A DNA stretch of 64,000 nucleotides from Faecousia sp. (GCA_045658365.1 JAZOUU010000103.1:15206-79205); one strand, 5' to 3'; shown: positions 48,100-58,158, numbered from the stretch's first letter. Notes: generated by a model from the letters alone, not told the origin. Numbers and translations: made by a program.

Positions 48100-49022
48100 T
48101 GTGTGTCATTGGATTTGATACCAGCAATTACACCACATCTATCGCATGGTTTGATGGGTTCAGCGGTGAAAATTGCTCGCAGCTTCTGCCTGTTAAGCAG
48201 GGAGAACTGGGACTGCGTCAGTCGGATGCAGTATTTTCTCATATCAAAAGCCTGCCGGAGCTTTCCGGCAGGCTGTTTTCCCATGTGGATTTAAAAAATG
48301 TGTCCGCCGTGGGTGTTTCTACCCGCCCCAGGGCGGTAGAAGGCAGCTATATGCCCTGCTTTATGGTGGGTTATTCCCACGCAAAGCTCCTGGCGAATGG
48401 GCTGAATGTGCCGCTGATTGAAGTGTCTCATCAGCAGGGGCATGTGGCGGCCTCCCTTTGGAGCGCCGGAAGAATGGACTTGATGGATGAGCCACATCTT
48501 GCCTGGCATCTTTCCGGTGGAACTACGGAGCTTCTGCTGGTAGAGCCGGAGGGGAAACAGGTTCGCTGCACAAAAATCGGCGGTACTACCGATATTTCCG
48601 CCGGTCAGCTCATTGACCGTACCGGTCAGCTGCTTCAGTTACCATTTCCCTCGGGAAAGTACCTGGATGTTCTAAGCCAGCAGGCTCAGAAGACGGATGT
48701 GTTTAAGGTCAAATGCGCGGGTATGGAATTTTCCCTGTCCGGTGTCCAGAATAAAGTGCAGCAGTATCATAATGCCACTGGTTCAGCGGCAGAAACGGCG
48801 GACTATGCGCTGCGGTGCGTTGCTACGGCTGTATTTACCGCCACGGAGCACGCGCTGCAGGCCTATCCCGGGTTAAATGTGGTTTTTTCCGGTGGCGTGG
48901 CATCCAATTCCATGCTCCGTAAGGCGATGGAGCCTTTGAATCCGATATTCTCAGAACCTAAGTACTCTACGGACAATGCCATGGGTGTGGCTGTTCTGGC
49001 TCACCGGTTACGGGAGGGATAA
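48099..49022 (+). CDS. TsaD/Kae1-like (peptidase M22 family) paralogue
   Basis: DTSNYTTS, HQQGH, HLSGGTTE, D..AGQ..DR, GGVASN, DNA.G. Confidence 0.85.
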   Translation: MCVIGFDTSNYTTSIAWFDGFSGENCSQLLPVKQGELGLRQSDAVFSHIKSLPELSGRLFSHVDLKNVSAVGVSTRPRAVEGSYMPCFMVGYSHAKLLANGLNVPLIEVSHQQGHVAASLWSAGRMDLMDEPHLAWHLSGGTTELLLVEPEGKQVRCTKIGGTTDISAGQLIDRTGQLLQLPFPSGKYLDVLSQQAQKTDVFKVKCAGMEFSLSGVQNKVQQYHNATGSAAETADYALRCVATAVFTATEHALQAYPGLNVVFSGGVASNSMLRKAMEPLNPIFSEPKYSTDNAMGVAVLAHRLREG

Positions 49023-49023
49023 T

Positions 49024-50235
49024 ATGCAGCAGGTGTATTCTGTTTCCCAAATCAACGAGTATATCCGGGGTAAAATGGATACCGATGGGCTTCTTGGAAA
49101 TGTGGCAGTTAAGGGAGAAATCAGCAACTATAAGCTCTATCCTTCGGGGCACCATTATTTTACGTTAAAAGACGATGCCGGCGCACTGAAAGCCGTAATG
49201 TTTAAGGGAAATGCTCTCCGTTTGCGGTTCCGTCCCGAAAACGGCATGAAAGTCATCGCTATGGGACGGATTACAGTCTATCCCCGGGACGGCGCCTATC
49301 AGCTTTATTGTACCGCCATGGCCATGGACGGCATTGGGGATTTGTATGCCGCTTTTGAGCAGTTGAAGGCGAAACTGGCGGCGGAAGGACTGTTTGATCC
49401 CGAGCATAAGAAGCCGCTTCCAAAATATCCCGGGGTCATCGGCATTGTTACCAGCTCTGCCGGCGCGGCGGTTCATGATATGCTGCGGATTCTGCGCAAG
49501 CGGTATCCCTTAAGTCAGGCGCGGCTGTTTCCTGTCCGGGTACAGGGGATGGAAGCACCGCCGGAGATCGCCGGCGCGATCCACTACGCCAATCGGTATC
49601 ACTTGGCGGATTTGCTTATCGTAGGCCGCGGCGGCGGCTCTATCGAGGATCTGTGGGCATTCAATGATGAACGGGTTGCCCGGGCAATTTACGATTCCCA
49701 GATTCCGGTGATTTCCGCAGTGGGACATGAGCCGGATGTGACGATTTCGGACTTCGTTGCAGATCTGCGGGCGGCCACGCCGTCGAATGCGGCGGAACTG
49801 GCAGTCCCGGATCAGGATGCTTTGCGGCAGACTTTGGACAGTATGTCCGCTGCCATGGTGACTGCTGTGCAGCGGCAGGTGAAATCCGCCCGGCAGCATT
49901 TGAATGTATTATCCCAGAGCCAGGTGCTGCAAAGCCCTCTGGGCTATCTGGAGCAAAAACGAAAGAGTGTGCAAATGCTGGAGCAGCGGCTCTGCGGAGC
50001 TCAGAATCAAAACTTAGAGCGAAAGAAACGAAACTTCGTGGCGCTGACAGCGAAACTGGATGCCATGAGTCCCTTAAAGGTGTTGACCCGGGGCTATGCC
50101 ATGGTGCAGACCGGGGATGGGGAACTGCTAAAATCTGTGGAGCAGGTTCGCATCGATGACCGGATCACGGTATCTCTGGCAGATGGGCAGCTGGAAGCTG
50201 CAGTAACGGAACGGAGGGGAAATCACCATGAATGA
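49024..50235 (+). CDS. xseA: Exodeoxyribonuclease VII large subunit
   Basis: GEISN, SGHHYFTLKD, RGGGSIEDLW.FN, AVGHE.D, TPS.AAE. Confidence 0.95.
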   Translation: MQQVYSVSQINEYIRGKMDTDGLLGNVAVKGEISNYKLYPSGHHYFTLKDDAGALKAVMFKGNALRLRFRPENGMKVIAMGRITVYPRDGAYQLYCTAMAMDGIGDLYAAFEQLKAKLAAEGLFDPEHKKPLPKYPGVIGIVTSSAGAAVHDMLRILRKRYPLSQARLFPVRVQGMEAPPEIAGAIHYANRYHLADLLIVGRGGGSIEDLWAFNDERVARAIYDSQIPVISAVGHEPDVTISDFVADLRAATPSNAAELAVPDQDALRQTLDSMSAAMVTAVQRQVKSARQHLNVLSQSQVLQSPLGYLEQKRKSVQMLEQRLCGAQNQNLERKKRNFVALTAKLDAMSPLKVLTRGYAMVQTGDGELLKSVEQVRIDDRITVSLADGQLEAAVTERRGNHHE

Positions 50236-50467
50236 AAAGAATCTTACCTTTGAAGCCGCCATGCAGCGGCTGGAGGAAATTGTCCGCACAATGGAGCGGG
50301 GAGAAGTGGCGCTGGAGACATCCTTAAAGCTGTTCCAAGAGGGAACAGAGCTGGTTCGTACCTGCTCCGGCCTGCTGGAAGAAGCTGAGCTGCAAATCCA
50401 AAAGGTCGTCAAGGGCACGGATGGCGCTCCCACCATGGAGGACTTTGCAGATGAATCCAATGCTTGA
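50228..50467 (+). CDS. xseB: Exodeoxyribonuclease VII small subunit
   Basis: FE.A..RLE.IV..ME.G...LE.S...F.EG..L...C...L..AE. Confidence 0.93.
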   Translation: MNEKNLTFEAAMQRLEEIVRTMERGEVALETSLKLFQEGTELVRTCSGLLEEAELQIQKVVKGTDGAPTMEDFADESNA

Positions 50468-51329
50468 ATATAAATCCGCAGAATATCGCAAGATTCTGGA
50501 AGATGCTCTGCAGAGTTGGTCAGGAAATTTCCGGGAAGAACCCCAGAAGCTTCTTTATGAAGCCATGGACTACAGCTTACTTGGCGGCGGCAAGCGGATT
50601 CGGGGCATTTTGGCGCTGGAATTCTGCCGGCTGTGCTGCGGCGATTATCAAAAGGCAATCCCTTTTGCTATGGCGGTGGAGATGATCCATGCTTACAGCC
50701 TTATCCACGATGACCTGCCTTGCATGGATAACGATGATTTCCGCCGGGGAAAGCCCACAAATCATAAGGTTTACGGCGAGGGCATGGCGGTGCTGGCAGG
50801 GGATGCATTGCTGACAGATGCCTTTGCCTGCGCTGCCGGTGCAGAGCTTCCCGGAAAGGATGTGGCCTTTGCTGTTTCGGTTCTTGCCCAGAATGCCGGC
50901 TCTGCCGGCATGGTCGGTGGGCAGGTACTGGATATTTTTAGTGAGCAGCGGTTGCTAACGGAGCAGGAAGTGCTGGATATCCAGTCCCGGAAAACCGGCG
51001 CGCTGATCAATGCCGCCTGCGCCCTGGGTGTCATTGCTGGCGGCGGAGATGAGAAGCAGCTTCGTTCGGCCTGCGGCTTTGCGGCTTTATTGGGTCTTGC
51101 GTTCCAGATCCGGGACGATATGCTGGATGTGATCGGCACTCAAGAGGAAATGGGTAAGGGTGTAGGAACGGATGCGGGGAAAAACACCTTTGTCCGGCTT
51201 TACGGTCTGAAAGAAAGCGAAAATTTAGTGCAGAAATATACGAAAAAGGCCATTGAATGCCTGTCTGTGTTTACAGATACGGACTACTTAATTGCTTTGG
51301 CGGAAAGTCTGACCGCCAGAAAAGTGTAA
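50451..51329 (+). CDS. ispA: Farnesyl-diphosphate synthase / polyprenyl synthetase
   Basis: GGKRIR, LIHDDLPCMDNDDFRRG, KTGAL, FQIRDD. Confidence 0.92.
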   Translation: MNPMLEYKSAEYRKILEDALQSWSGNFREEPQKLLYEAMDYSLLGGGKRIRGILALEFCRLCCGDYQKAIPFAMAVEMIHAYSLIHDDLPCMDNDDFRRGKPTNHKVYGEGMAVLAGDALLTDAFACAAGAELPGKDVAFAVSVLAQNAGSAGMVGGQVLDIFSEQRLLTEQEVLDIQSRKTGALINAACALGVIAGGGDEKQLRSACGFAALLGLAFQIRDDMLDVIGTQEEMGKGVGTDAGKNTFVRLYGLKESENLVQKYTKKAIECLSVFTDTDYLIALAESLTARKV

Positions 51330-51330
51330 C

Positions 51331-51364
51331 AAAACCGCTCACGGATGTTCCGTGGGCGGTTTTT
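51331..51364. terminator. Bidirectional terminator
   Basis: aaaaccgctcacgga / tccgtgggcggtttt. Confidence 0.75.
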
Positions 51365-51366
51365 CG

Positions 51367-53988
51367 TTAGGATATTTTGTTTACAATGGGGTCACTGACA
51401 CTCATGGAGCGGGCGATGAAATAAATATATTTCTTCCCGGAGGAATCAAGGAGAGAAATATAATAATAATCTCCTGTGTCCACGGTCGTGTCTAGGCTGA
51501 CGTTATCCACAGTGGCAAAGAGATCCTCCAAAACGATCTGCAGGGCTTCTTCCTTGGTGCGTGTGCCGGTGGGTGGCTGGGTAATGTCCAGAGAGTCTCC
51601 TTCGGAACAGACAGCGGAATATAGGATCACACCGGTATTCCGGCATACTCGGCTGACATAGCAGATTTTTCCATAAAACAGCTGAATAATGTACTCATTG
51701 TCAGTTATTTCATGGCCCTTGATGGTTGCATCCTCCGGACGGATTCCCACGGCCTCTGCCGCAAGACTGTAGGCGCGTTCCAAGGTGATCACAGGGCGAG
51801 TGCCTGAGCGCCAAACCTTTCCTGTTTCGAAGGAAACATTGGCCCAATAAGCCGTGGTGCCGTCAGAGAAGGTCACATAGTAAAGGTGCCAGTTTTGGGT
51901 GACGGAAAGATCCTGACTGGAATACACGGCATCCGGTGTCAAACCGAAATGGTCGGCCACCGCTTGCACAGCTTCGTCTTTACTGAGGTAGGAGTTAGGC
52001 ATCATGATAATATTACCGGTAAGTAAATCTACAAAATAATTCCTTGTTCCGTCGGAAAACTGCAAATGGATTATATAATAGGGATTAGACGCTGCGGTAC
52101 TGACCTCATAGGTCACGGATACAACATCATCTTCTGTATAACGTGTTTTGGCAACCGCCTGAGTTACGGCTCTTCTGGGAGAAATTCCGCCCGGAGGTAC
52201 CGGACTTTCGGTCTTTTCAAAAGTTAAGACCATATTCCTGGCCACATCCACATCTACACAGTAGTAGGTGTACATATCCTCGGAGTAGAACGTTACCCGA
52301 TATTTTCTGAAAACCGGGATTACCTCTATGTAGTAGGGTGGAATATCGTAGGAAGGGGAGATATCAAGGACCGGGCCGGCGGGGATAGTGGACTCCAAAA
52401 AGCCATTCCAGATATCTTCTGAATCAATCTCAGCAGTGATGAAGGCCACAGAATCTGCGTTACACGCTGCAGCATTAAGGGCAAGGTAAATGGCCTTTTC
52501 TTTCTCAATAAAGGTGTCCAGCCCAATGTATTTGGAGTTAAAGTCTAAGGAGACTGCTTCTCCGTTATGGGTGCAGCTAAGGAAAAACCCGGTCAGGGCG
52601 CTGATTCTCAGGTGATAGGTTTTTCCGCTTAAGACCAGATAAAGGTTATAAACATTATCTGCATCTACGTAGATATTAGTAAGGGTCACCCTCGACCCGG
52701 GCTTACGGGCATTGGCATCGGTCAGCAGATACAGCGAAGCGGAAAGAAGTTCCTCAGGAGAGTCGTACTGGGACATTTTCCCGGTTTGGATAATAGAAAT
52801 CTGTGGCGGTTCTTCCGGATACCCGAACGCCATAAGCCAATAGAAGTAGAAGGGGGATTTATCGGACAGGAATTTTAGAGCTTCCTCCGCATCGGCATAA
52901 GATGCAGGCTCATGTAAGTAACAGTGAATAAACCCTGCCATTCCGGGAGAAATCTGATACTTCTCGGCAAGCTCTAATACCCTGTCTTCCGTGGGAAGAG
53001 TTTGGGAAAACAATACCGTGGGCAGCTGCTTCTGCTCCAGCGCGGCTAATATGTAATATTGATATTTCTCCAATGCGGCCTCGGTTGCTTCCTGACCGGC
53101 AGGGGAGGAGGACACGGAAAGCAGCAGCGCATCGGGATAGACTTTTAGCTGCCCGTTTTTTACCATGATATCCACGATTTGGCCCATGGAGGTATCCACA
53201 GGGGTATCGCGCAGATTTAACTCCTCAAAGCGTGTCTTAAGCATATCGTTTGATGCTTTAATATTCAAGATATTATCGTTTTCGTCCAGCTCCAGACAAA
53301 TACTGGATGCGCCGTCAAGGTAAATGGTAGTGGCTACGGGGATCTCCGGCGCTTCGTAGTTAGCAAAGATCATCACCAATAACAGCAAAGCGATAATAGG
53401 AATGCCGCAGGCCAGCCATTTCCACTGAAAGCCAGAAACGCGTTTTCTGGTTGCTTCGGGTATGTTCTCAGGTTGGTAAATTGGAGGCTTTCCGCTGGAC
53501 AGCAGCGCGCTGATAATGATGTTTTGGGACAGATCCGGTACACGTTCCGAAATGGATTCGCAATAAGCAGATAGGTCAGCGTTCCTGTTTAGCTCCTTAA
53601 AAAAGGGAATTTCCTTTCGGGGAAGACCGGTGATTTTGGAGATTTCCCTTGGGTGTAAGCCCACGACCACGGATAGGGCAGCAACTGGTGTAAAATCAGA
53701 GGGAAAGTCCTCTGTTGATATACTCTCCCGTGAACGGCACTGGCGGTAGACCAAGGAAAGAAACCATGTCAGCGCCGATTCTCTGGGGGAATAGTCGGCT
53801 GCGGTTTCGTAGGCGGTCAGATAGGTTTCCCGGATCGCATCTGCGGCAGCTTCGGAATTTCGGAGCATGGACAGAGCAAGGGCGTAAGCACTCTTGACAG
53901 TAGCACGGTAAAATTGAGACAACGCATCGGTGCTTCCGGCGGCCATGTGCTGAATATTCAAGGCTATCGGCGACTTTTTCATGTCCAT
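51367..53988 (-). CDS. Fusion of degenerate ECF-sigma domain, TM, RsgI-like domain and PepSY-like repeats
   Basis: N-terminal AL.QFY......Y.LAL..L.N...A.D...ETY.....A..Y.......W...L.Y..C; TM; TIYLD..SI.L.LD..D.I....A.ND; repeated I....A...A / Y.V.F...Y.VD..TG units. Confidence 0.65.
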   Translation of the reverse strand: MDMKKSPIALNIQHMAAGSTDALSQFYRATVKSAYALALSMLRNSEAAADAIRETYLTAYETAADYSPRESALTWFLSLVYRQCRSRESISTEDFPSDFTPVAALSVVVGLHPREISKITGLPRKEIPFFKELNRNADLSAYCESISERVPDLSQNIIISALLSSGKPPIYQPENIPEATRKRVSGFQWKWLACGIPIIALLLLVMIFANYEAPEIPVATTIYLDGASSICLELDENDNILNIKASNDMLKTRFEELNLRDTPVDTSMGQIVDIMVKNGQLKVYPDALLLSVSSSPAGQEATEAALEKYQYYILAALEQKQLPTVLFSQTLPTEDRVLELAEKYQISPGMAGFIHCYLHEPASYADAEEALKFLSDKSPFYFYWLMAFGYPEEPPQISIIQTGKMSQYDSPEELLSASLYLLTDANARKPGSRVTLTNIYVDADNVYNLYLVLSGKTYHLRISALTGFFLSCTHNGEAVSLDFNSKYIGLDTFIEKEKAIYLALNAAACNADSVAFITAEIDSEDIWNGFLESTIPAGPVLDISPSYDIPPYYIEVIPVFRKYRVTFYSEDMYTYYCVDVDVARNMVLTFEKTESPVPPGGISPRRAVTQAVAKTRYTEDDVVSVTYEVSTAASNPYYIIHLQFSDGTRNYFVDLLTGNIIMMPNSYLSKDEAVQAVADHFGLTPDAVYSSQDLSVTQNWHLYYVTFSDGTTAYWANVSFETGKVWRSGTRPVITLERAYSLAAEAVGIRPEDATIKGHEITDNEYIIQLFYGKICYVSRVCRNTGVILYSAVCSEGDSLDITQPPTGTRTKEEALQIVLEDLFATVDNVSLDTTVDTGDYYYISLLDSSGKKYIYFIARSMSVSDPIVNKIS

Positions 53989-54004
53989 GTCTCCTTTCTG
54001 CTTT

Positions 54005-55000
54005 TTATGTCTCGTTGAGAATGGTTTTGATCAGCTCCCCAGCGGTGATACCGCCGAGATAGGGGGTTAAATCTATGTTGGAGAGAAGTGTTTCCAAGGC
54101 ATCCGCCCCATAGGCGCAGCCGATCAGCATTTGCTCCAGCTCAGATACCGGCGCTACCGCAAGAAAATCACCAAAGATATGAATTTCTGATATTTTTCCG
54201 TTTGCCACGGAGATTTGCAGATCCAAAAGACCGCAATCCCAGCGCTTTCTGCACCGCATCTGGCATTTGGGAGATTTGCCGTAGTTCCAGTCCCAAGTGT
54301 CGTACTTTTCCTGCTTTAGTTTTTCAATGGCAATCAGGTCTTCCTCGGAAAGGGTAAGGGAAGTGGCAAGATTTTCGGTCAAGAAGGTCTTTAAATAGGA
54401 CCAGAATCCAGCCATATCCATGTCCATCGAAAGGGCCTGACGAATGTTGCCCACCCGGCTGCGGACGGATTTTACACTCTTGGACTGAAATTTTGTGGGA
54501 TCCGGGTTCAGCGCCCCGGAGATCATATTCACATCGGCATCAAACAGAAGCGTGCCGTGATGTAAAATGCGACCCTTTAGCACTTGCTGGGCAGTACCGG
54601 ATACCTTTTGCCCCGAGACCAAAATGTCGTTTCGCCCGGAACATTGGGCATCCAGGCCCAAATTTTGCAGCGCCTGCACCACCGGGGTCAAAAACAGCTG
54701 AATGGTGTTTTTGTCCAGCCCCTCCGCGTCGGTGATAAAGGAGTAATTCAGATTTCCCAGGTCGTGATATACAGCGCCGCCGCCGGTATTCCGTCGCACC
54801 ACCCGGATGCCGTGAGCATCGATAAAAGAGGGGTTAATTTCCTCGGCCGTATTCTGATTGCGGCCGATGATCACGGAGGATGCATTTTGCCAAAGGATCA
54901 GCAAATTTCCTTCCCGAAAATGAGTGAGGACATATTCTTCAAATGCCAGATTATAGGCAGGGTTTTGAGAATTGGTTTCGAGATAATAGGTATGTGTCAT
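54005..55000 (-). CDS. lplA: Lipoate-protein ligase A
   Basis: NLA.EE, IGRNQN, RR.TGGGAVYHDLGN, GRND, KVSG.A, HHGTLL, W.WNYG. Confidence 0.93.
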   Translation of the reverse strand: MTHTYYLETNSQNPAYNLAFEEYVLTHFREGNLLILWQNASSVIIGRNQNTAEEINPSFIDAHGIRVVRRNTGGGAVYHDLGNLNYSFITDAEGLDKNTIQLFLTPVVQALQNLGLDAQCSGRNDILVSGQKVSGTAQQVLKGRILHHGTLLFDADVNMISGALNPDPTKFQSKSVKSVRSRVGNIRQALSMDMDMAGFWSYLKTFLTENLATSLTLSEEDLIAIEKLKQEKYDTWDWNYGKSPKCQMRCRKRWDCGLLDLQISVANGKISEIHIFGDFLAVAPVSELEQMLIGCAYGADALETLLSNIDLTPYLGGITAGELIKTILNET

Positions 55001-55139
55001 AGTGAAAACCTCCTTAAGATACTTCATTATACCATAGGATAACCCTTGGCGCAAGTAACTGCTGAAAAGGGTGTTGTAAATTTGAGAGTAATCGTGTTAT
55101 AATAAAACCAGAGAGAATCAAACTGCTGTTTACGGGAGG

Positions 55140-57128
55140 ATGAACTCTATGCGGATTATGAAACTCAATCCCTGCCTGGCTCCCTTTGAAAAGGATCTTC
55201 AGCTCCGGGCGAAAAACTATAAGGATACTAAAAAAGCTTTGCTCCAGCCCGGTCAGACCCTTAGCGACTTTGCCAATGGGCATTTGTTCTTCGGCTTTCA
55301 CAAGACTGAGGACGGCTGGTATTATCGGGAATGGGCGCCCGGCGCGGAGAAAATCTACCTCACCGGTGATTTTTGCAACTGGGAGCGTTATGCACATCCC
55401 ATGACCAAGGGGGGAAACGGCGTTTTTGAGCTGTTTCTACCCGGCGAGGATGCCCTGCAGGAGGGACAGCGGGTTCTGGCAGTAGTAGTGCATGAGGGAC
55501 AGGAACTGGATCGGATTCCCATATATGCAAAGCGGGTAGTGCAAGACCCTGCCACCGGCGTTTGGAATGCGGTGATTCATGATACAAAACCCTTTCCCTG
55601 GACGGATGAGGGATTTGCACCGGAAAAGAATCTGTTTATCTACGAATGCCATATTGGCATGGCCCAGGAAACGGGCCGGGTGGGTTCTTATCTGGAATTT
55701 CGGGACAACGTGCTGCCGAGGATTAAGAAGCTAGGATATAACACCATTCAGATCATGGCCATTATGGAGCATCCTTACTATGCTTCCTTTGGCTATCAGG
55801 TCACCAATTTCTTTGCGGCGTCCTCCCGTTTCGGTCTTCCGGAGGAACTGAAGTCGCTGGTCAATACTGCCCACGAAATGGGAATTGCGGTGCTTTTGGA
55901 TGTGGTGCATTCTCACGCTTCCAAGAACACCCGGGAGGGCATTAATGAATTTGACGGAACTACCTGCCAGTTTTTCCACATCGGTGAAAGAGGAAATCAC
56001 AGCGCATGGGATACCAAGTGCTTTGACTACGGCAAACAGGAGGTGCTGCATTTCCTGCTGTCCAATCTGAAATTTTGGATGGAGGAATACCATTTCGATG
56101 GTTTCCGTTTCGACGGTGTGACCTCCATGCTCTATCGGGATCACGGCTTAGGAACAGCGTTTTCCAATTTGAAGGCATATTTTTCGGAGAATACCGACAC
56201 CCAGGCGGTAACATATCTGCAGCTGGCGACTCAGCTGGCCAGGGAGGTAAATCCCAATGCGATTTTGATCGCAGAGGATGTTTCCGCCATGCCCGGCCTG
56301 TGCCTGCCCATCCGGGATGGAGGGATCGGATTTGACTATCGTCTTGCCATGGGCGTACCGGATATGTGGATCCGCCTGTTGAAAGAGCAGCAGGACGAAA
56401 ACTGGAATCTGGGGCATATTTATTATGAGCTAACGAATCGTTGGCCCAAGGAAAAGGTGATTGGCTATTGCGAATCCCACGACCAGGCGCTGGTGGGGGA
56501 TAAGACCCTCATGTTCCGGCTCTGCGATCAGGAAATGTACTGGTCCATGAATGTTGGCAGTGACAATATGGTCATCGACCGGGGTGTGGCTATGCATAAA
56601 TTGCTGCGTCTGCTGACCATGACCTTGGGCGGCGAGGGGTATTTGACCTTCATGGGCAATGAATTTGGCCATCCTGAGTGGATCGATTTCCCCAGAGAGG
56701 GCAATGGCTGGAGTTATCATTACTGCCGCCGGCAATGGAGCCTTGTAGACAACCCCGACCTCAAATACAAGTATTTGCAGAAATTTGAAGAGGATATGGT
56801 TACCCTTGCCAAGGGTTCTGATATCCTTCAGGGAAAGGATAAACAGCTTTATATCCATGAAGCGGACAGTGTACTGGCTTATCAGAAGGGAAGCGTCACG
56901 CTGGCGTTTAATATGAGTCCTGAGCAGTGCTATGAAGGGTACTTCATTCCTGTGTCTCGGAGGGGGTCTTACCGTGTGATCCTGTCCAGTGATGATTTCT
57001 GCTACGGCGGTCATGGACGGGTTGCTCATCAGATTTATCGCACAGAGCGATTGCCGGATGGCCGGGTGGGGATCCGCCTGTATCTGCCCAACCGAACGGC
57101 TATTGTATTGCAACAGGTAAAACGGTAG
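55140..57128 (+). CDS. glgB: 1,4-alpha-glucan branching enzyme (GH13_8 type)
   Basis: YREWAP.A, EHPYYASFGYQV, FDGFRFDGVTSM, AEDVS, ESHDQA, FMGNEFGHPEWIDFPR. Confidence 0.92.
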   Translation: MNSMRIMKLNPCLAPFEKDLQLRAKNYKDTKKALLQPGQTLSDFANGHLFFGFHKTEDGWYYREWAPGAEKIYLTGDFCNWERYAHPMTKGGNGVFELFLPGEDALQEGQRVLAVVVHEGQELDRIPIYAKRVVQDPATGVWNAVIHDTKPFPWTDEGFAPEKNLFIYECHIGMAQETGRVGSYLEFRDNVLPRIKKLGYNTIQIMAIMEHPYYASFGYQVTNFFAASSRFGLPEELKSLVNTAHEMGIAVLLDVVHSHASKNTREGINEFDGTTCQFFHIGERGNHSAWDTKCFDYGKQEVLHFLLSNLKFWMEEYHFDGFRFDGVTSMLYRDHGLGTAFSNLKAYFSENTDTQAVTYLQLATQLAREVNPNAILIAEDVSAMPGLCLPIRDGGIGFDYRLAMGVPDMWIRLLKEQQDENWNLGHIYYELTNRWPKEKVIGYCESHDQALVGDKTLMFRLCDQEMYWSMNVGSDNMVIDRGVAMHKLLRLLTMTLGGEGYLTFMGNEFGHPEWIDFPREGNGWSYHYCRRQWSLVDNPDLKYKYLQKFEEDMVTLAKGSDILQGKDKQLYIHEADSVLAYQKGSVTLAFNMSPEQCYEGYFIPVSRRGSYRVILSSDDFCYGGHGRVAHQIYRTERLPDGRVGIRLYLPNRTAIVLQQVKR

Positions 57129-57130
57129 AG

Positions 57131-57163
57131 AAAACCAGAACAGCATTTGCTGTTCTGGTTTTT
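57131..57163. terminator. Bidirectional terminator hairpin
   Basis: aaaaccagaacagca / tgctgttctggtttt. Confidence 0.75.
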
Positions 57164-57165
57164 TA

Positions 57166-57735
57166 TCATTTTTTAATTAAGTCGGGGAAATTGCCCCGGA
57201 GGAAATGCCTGTAATCCGGCTGATCCGCGGATGTTTCATATTCTTTATTTATGGTTTCCTTCAGCCACAAACGATGCTTTTCTGTCATGTCTTCATACCG
57301 AAGAATTCTTACCAATCCTTTTCGGTCCGCTTCCAAAATAGCAAGATAGGCATCCGGGATATACTCTGATTCCAAGACTCTCACCGGGGAGCTGCTGGCG
57401 ACGGCATCCGGGATTTGCAGTTCAAAATCTGCTGTATCCACATCCACTGCCGTGTAAATGTAACCCGAAACCCCTTGATATGTTTTTTTCAGTGCGTTTG
57501 GATAGTATTCTTCGATTCGCTGGATTCCGTCTTTATCAAATCCGTAGGAAGCCCATTTTTGCCAGATACCATCATGGGGGAAACCAGTTTCCTTGCAGTA
57601 TTTTTCCACTGCGTTGCTTAAATACACCAGCACATTCTCCCGCTTTTTGGAAAAATAAATAAAAGGTGTTTTGTGATTGGAAACTCTGGGTTCCAGCACT
57701 TTAATTCCTTCCACCGGTGAAGCGTGATAGTACAT
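57166..57735 (-). CDS. Hypothetical protein, possible ADP-ribosyltransferase-like fold
   Basis: YYHAS...LEP, IYFS, GYIY pattern; RBS GGAG. Confidence 0.65.
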   Translation of the reverse strand: MYYHASPVEGIKVLEPRVSNHKTPFIYFSKKRENVLVYLSNAVEKYCKETGFPHDGIWQKWASYGFDKDGIQRIEEYYPNALKKTYQGVSGYIYTAVDVDTADFELQIPDAVASSSPVRVLESEYIPDAYLAILEADRKGLVRILRYEDMTEKHRLWLKETINKEYETSADQPDYRHFLRGNFPDLIKK

Positions 57736-57785
57736 TGAATCATCTCCCACAATTTGGCTTTTAATAAGTAAACTATAACATATTT

Positions 57786-58105
57786 TGGTGTGCGTGTCGA
57801 GATTCGTTTGCATTTTTGCCGATGGCAAAAATTATTGTTTCGCTCCGTCATGGAATTTAGGTATGATTGCCACCGGCAATCATAGAGAATCTTAATTCGC
57901 TGCGCGGAGCACCACCGTCGCGAGCAACAGTCCACCGGACTGTTGCATTATAAATTTTCGAATCTCTCCACAAACATAAAAAATCCAGAGCAGCAAATGC
58001 TGTTCTGGATTTTTTGGTCCGAGTGTCGAGATTCGAACTCGAGGCAGCCGGTGCTTTGCACCGCTGCCTGTGGCCGGATTGAAATACAAGAGGCCTCGAG
58101 TTCGA
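57786..58105 (-). repeat. tRNA-Pro-derived repeat units downstream of the tRNA
   Basis: 31-bp exact copy of tRNA 3' end at 58015-58045, degenerate copy at 57786-57806, inverted 19-bp tRNA piece at 58087-58105, internal palindromes. Confidence 0.8.
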
Positions 58106-58158
58106 TATAGCACACATAAAAAATAAGCAGAAACGGCACAAAGCCATTTCTGCTTATT

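Noticed and set aside
48099-49022. TsaD-like gene as a novelty
   Set aside because: A usual member of the clostridial nusB-xseA locus
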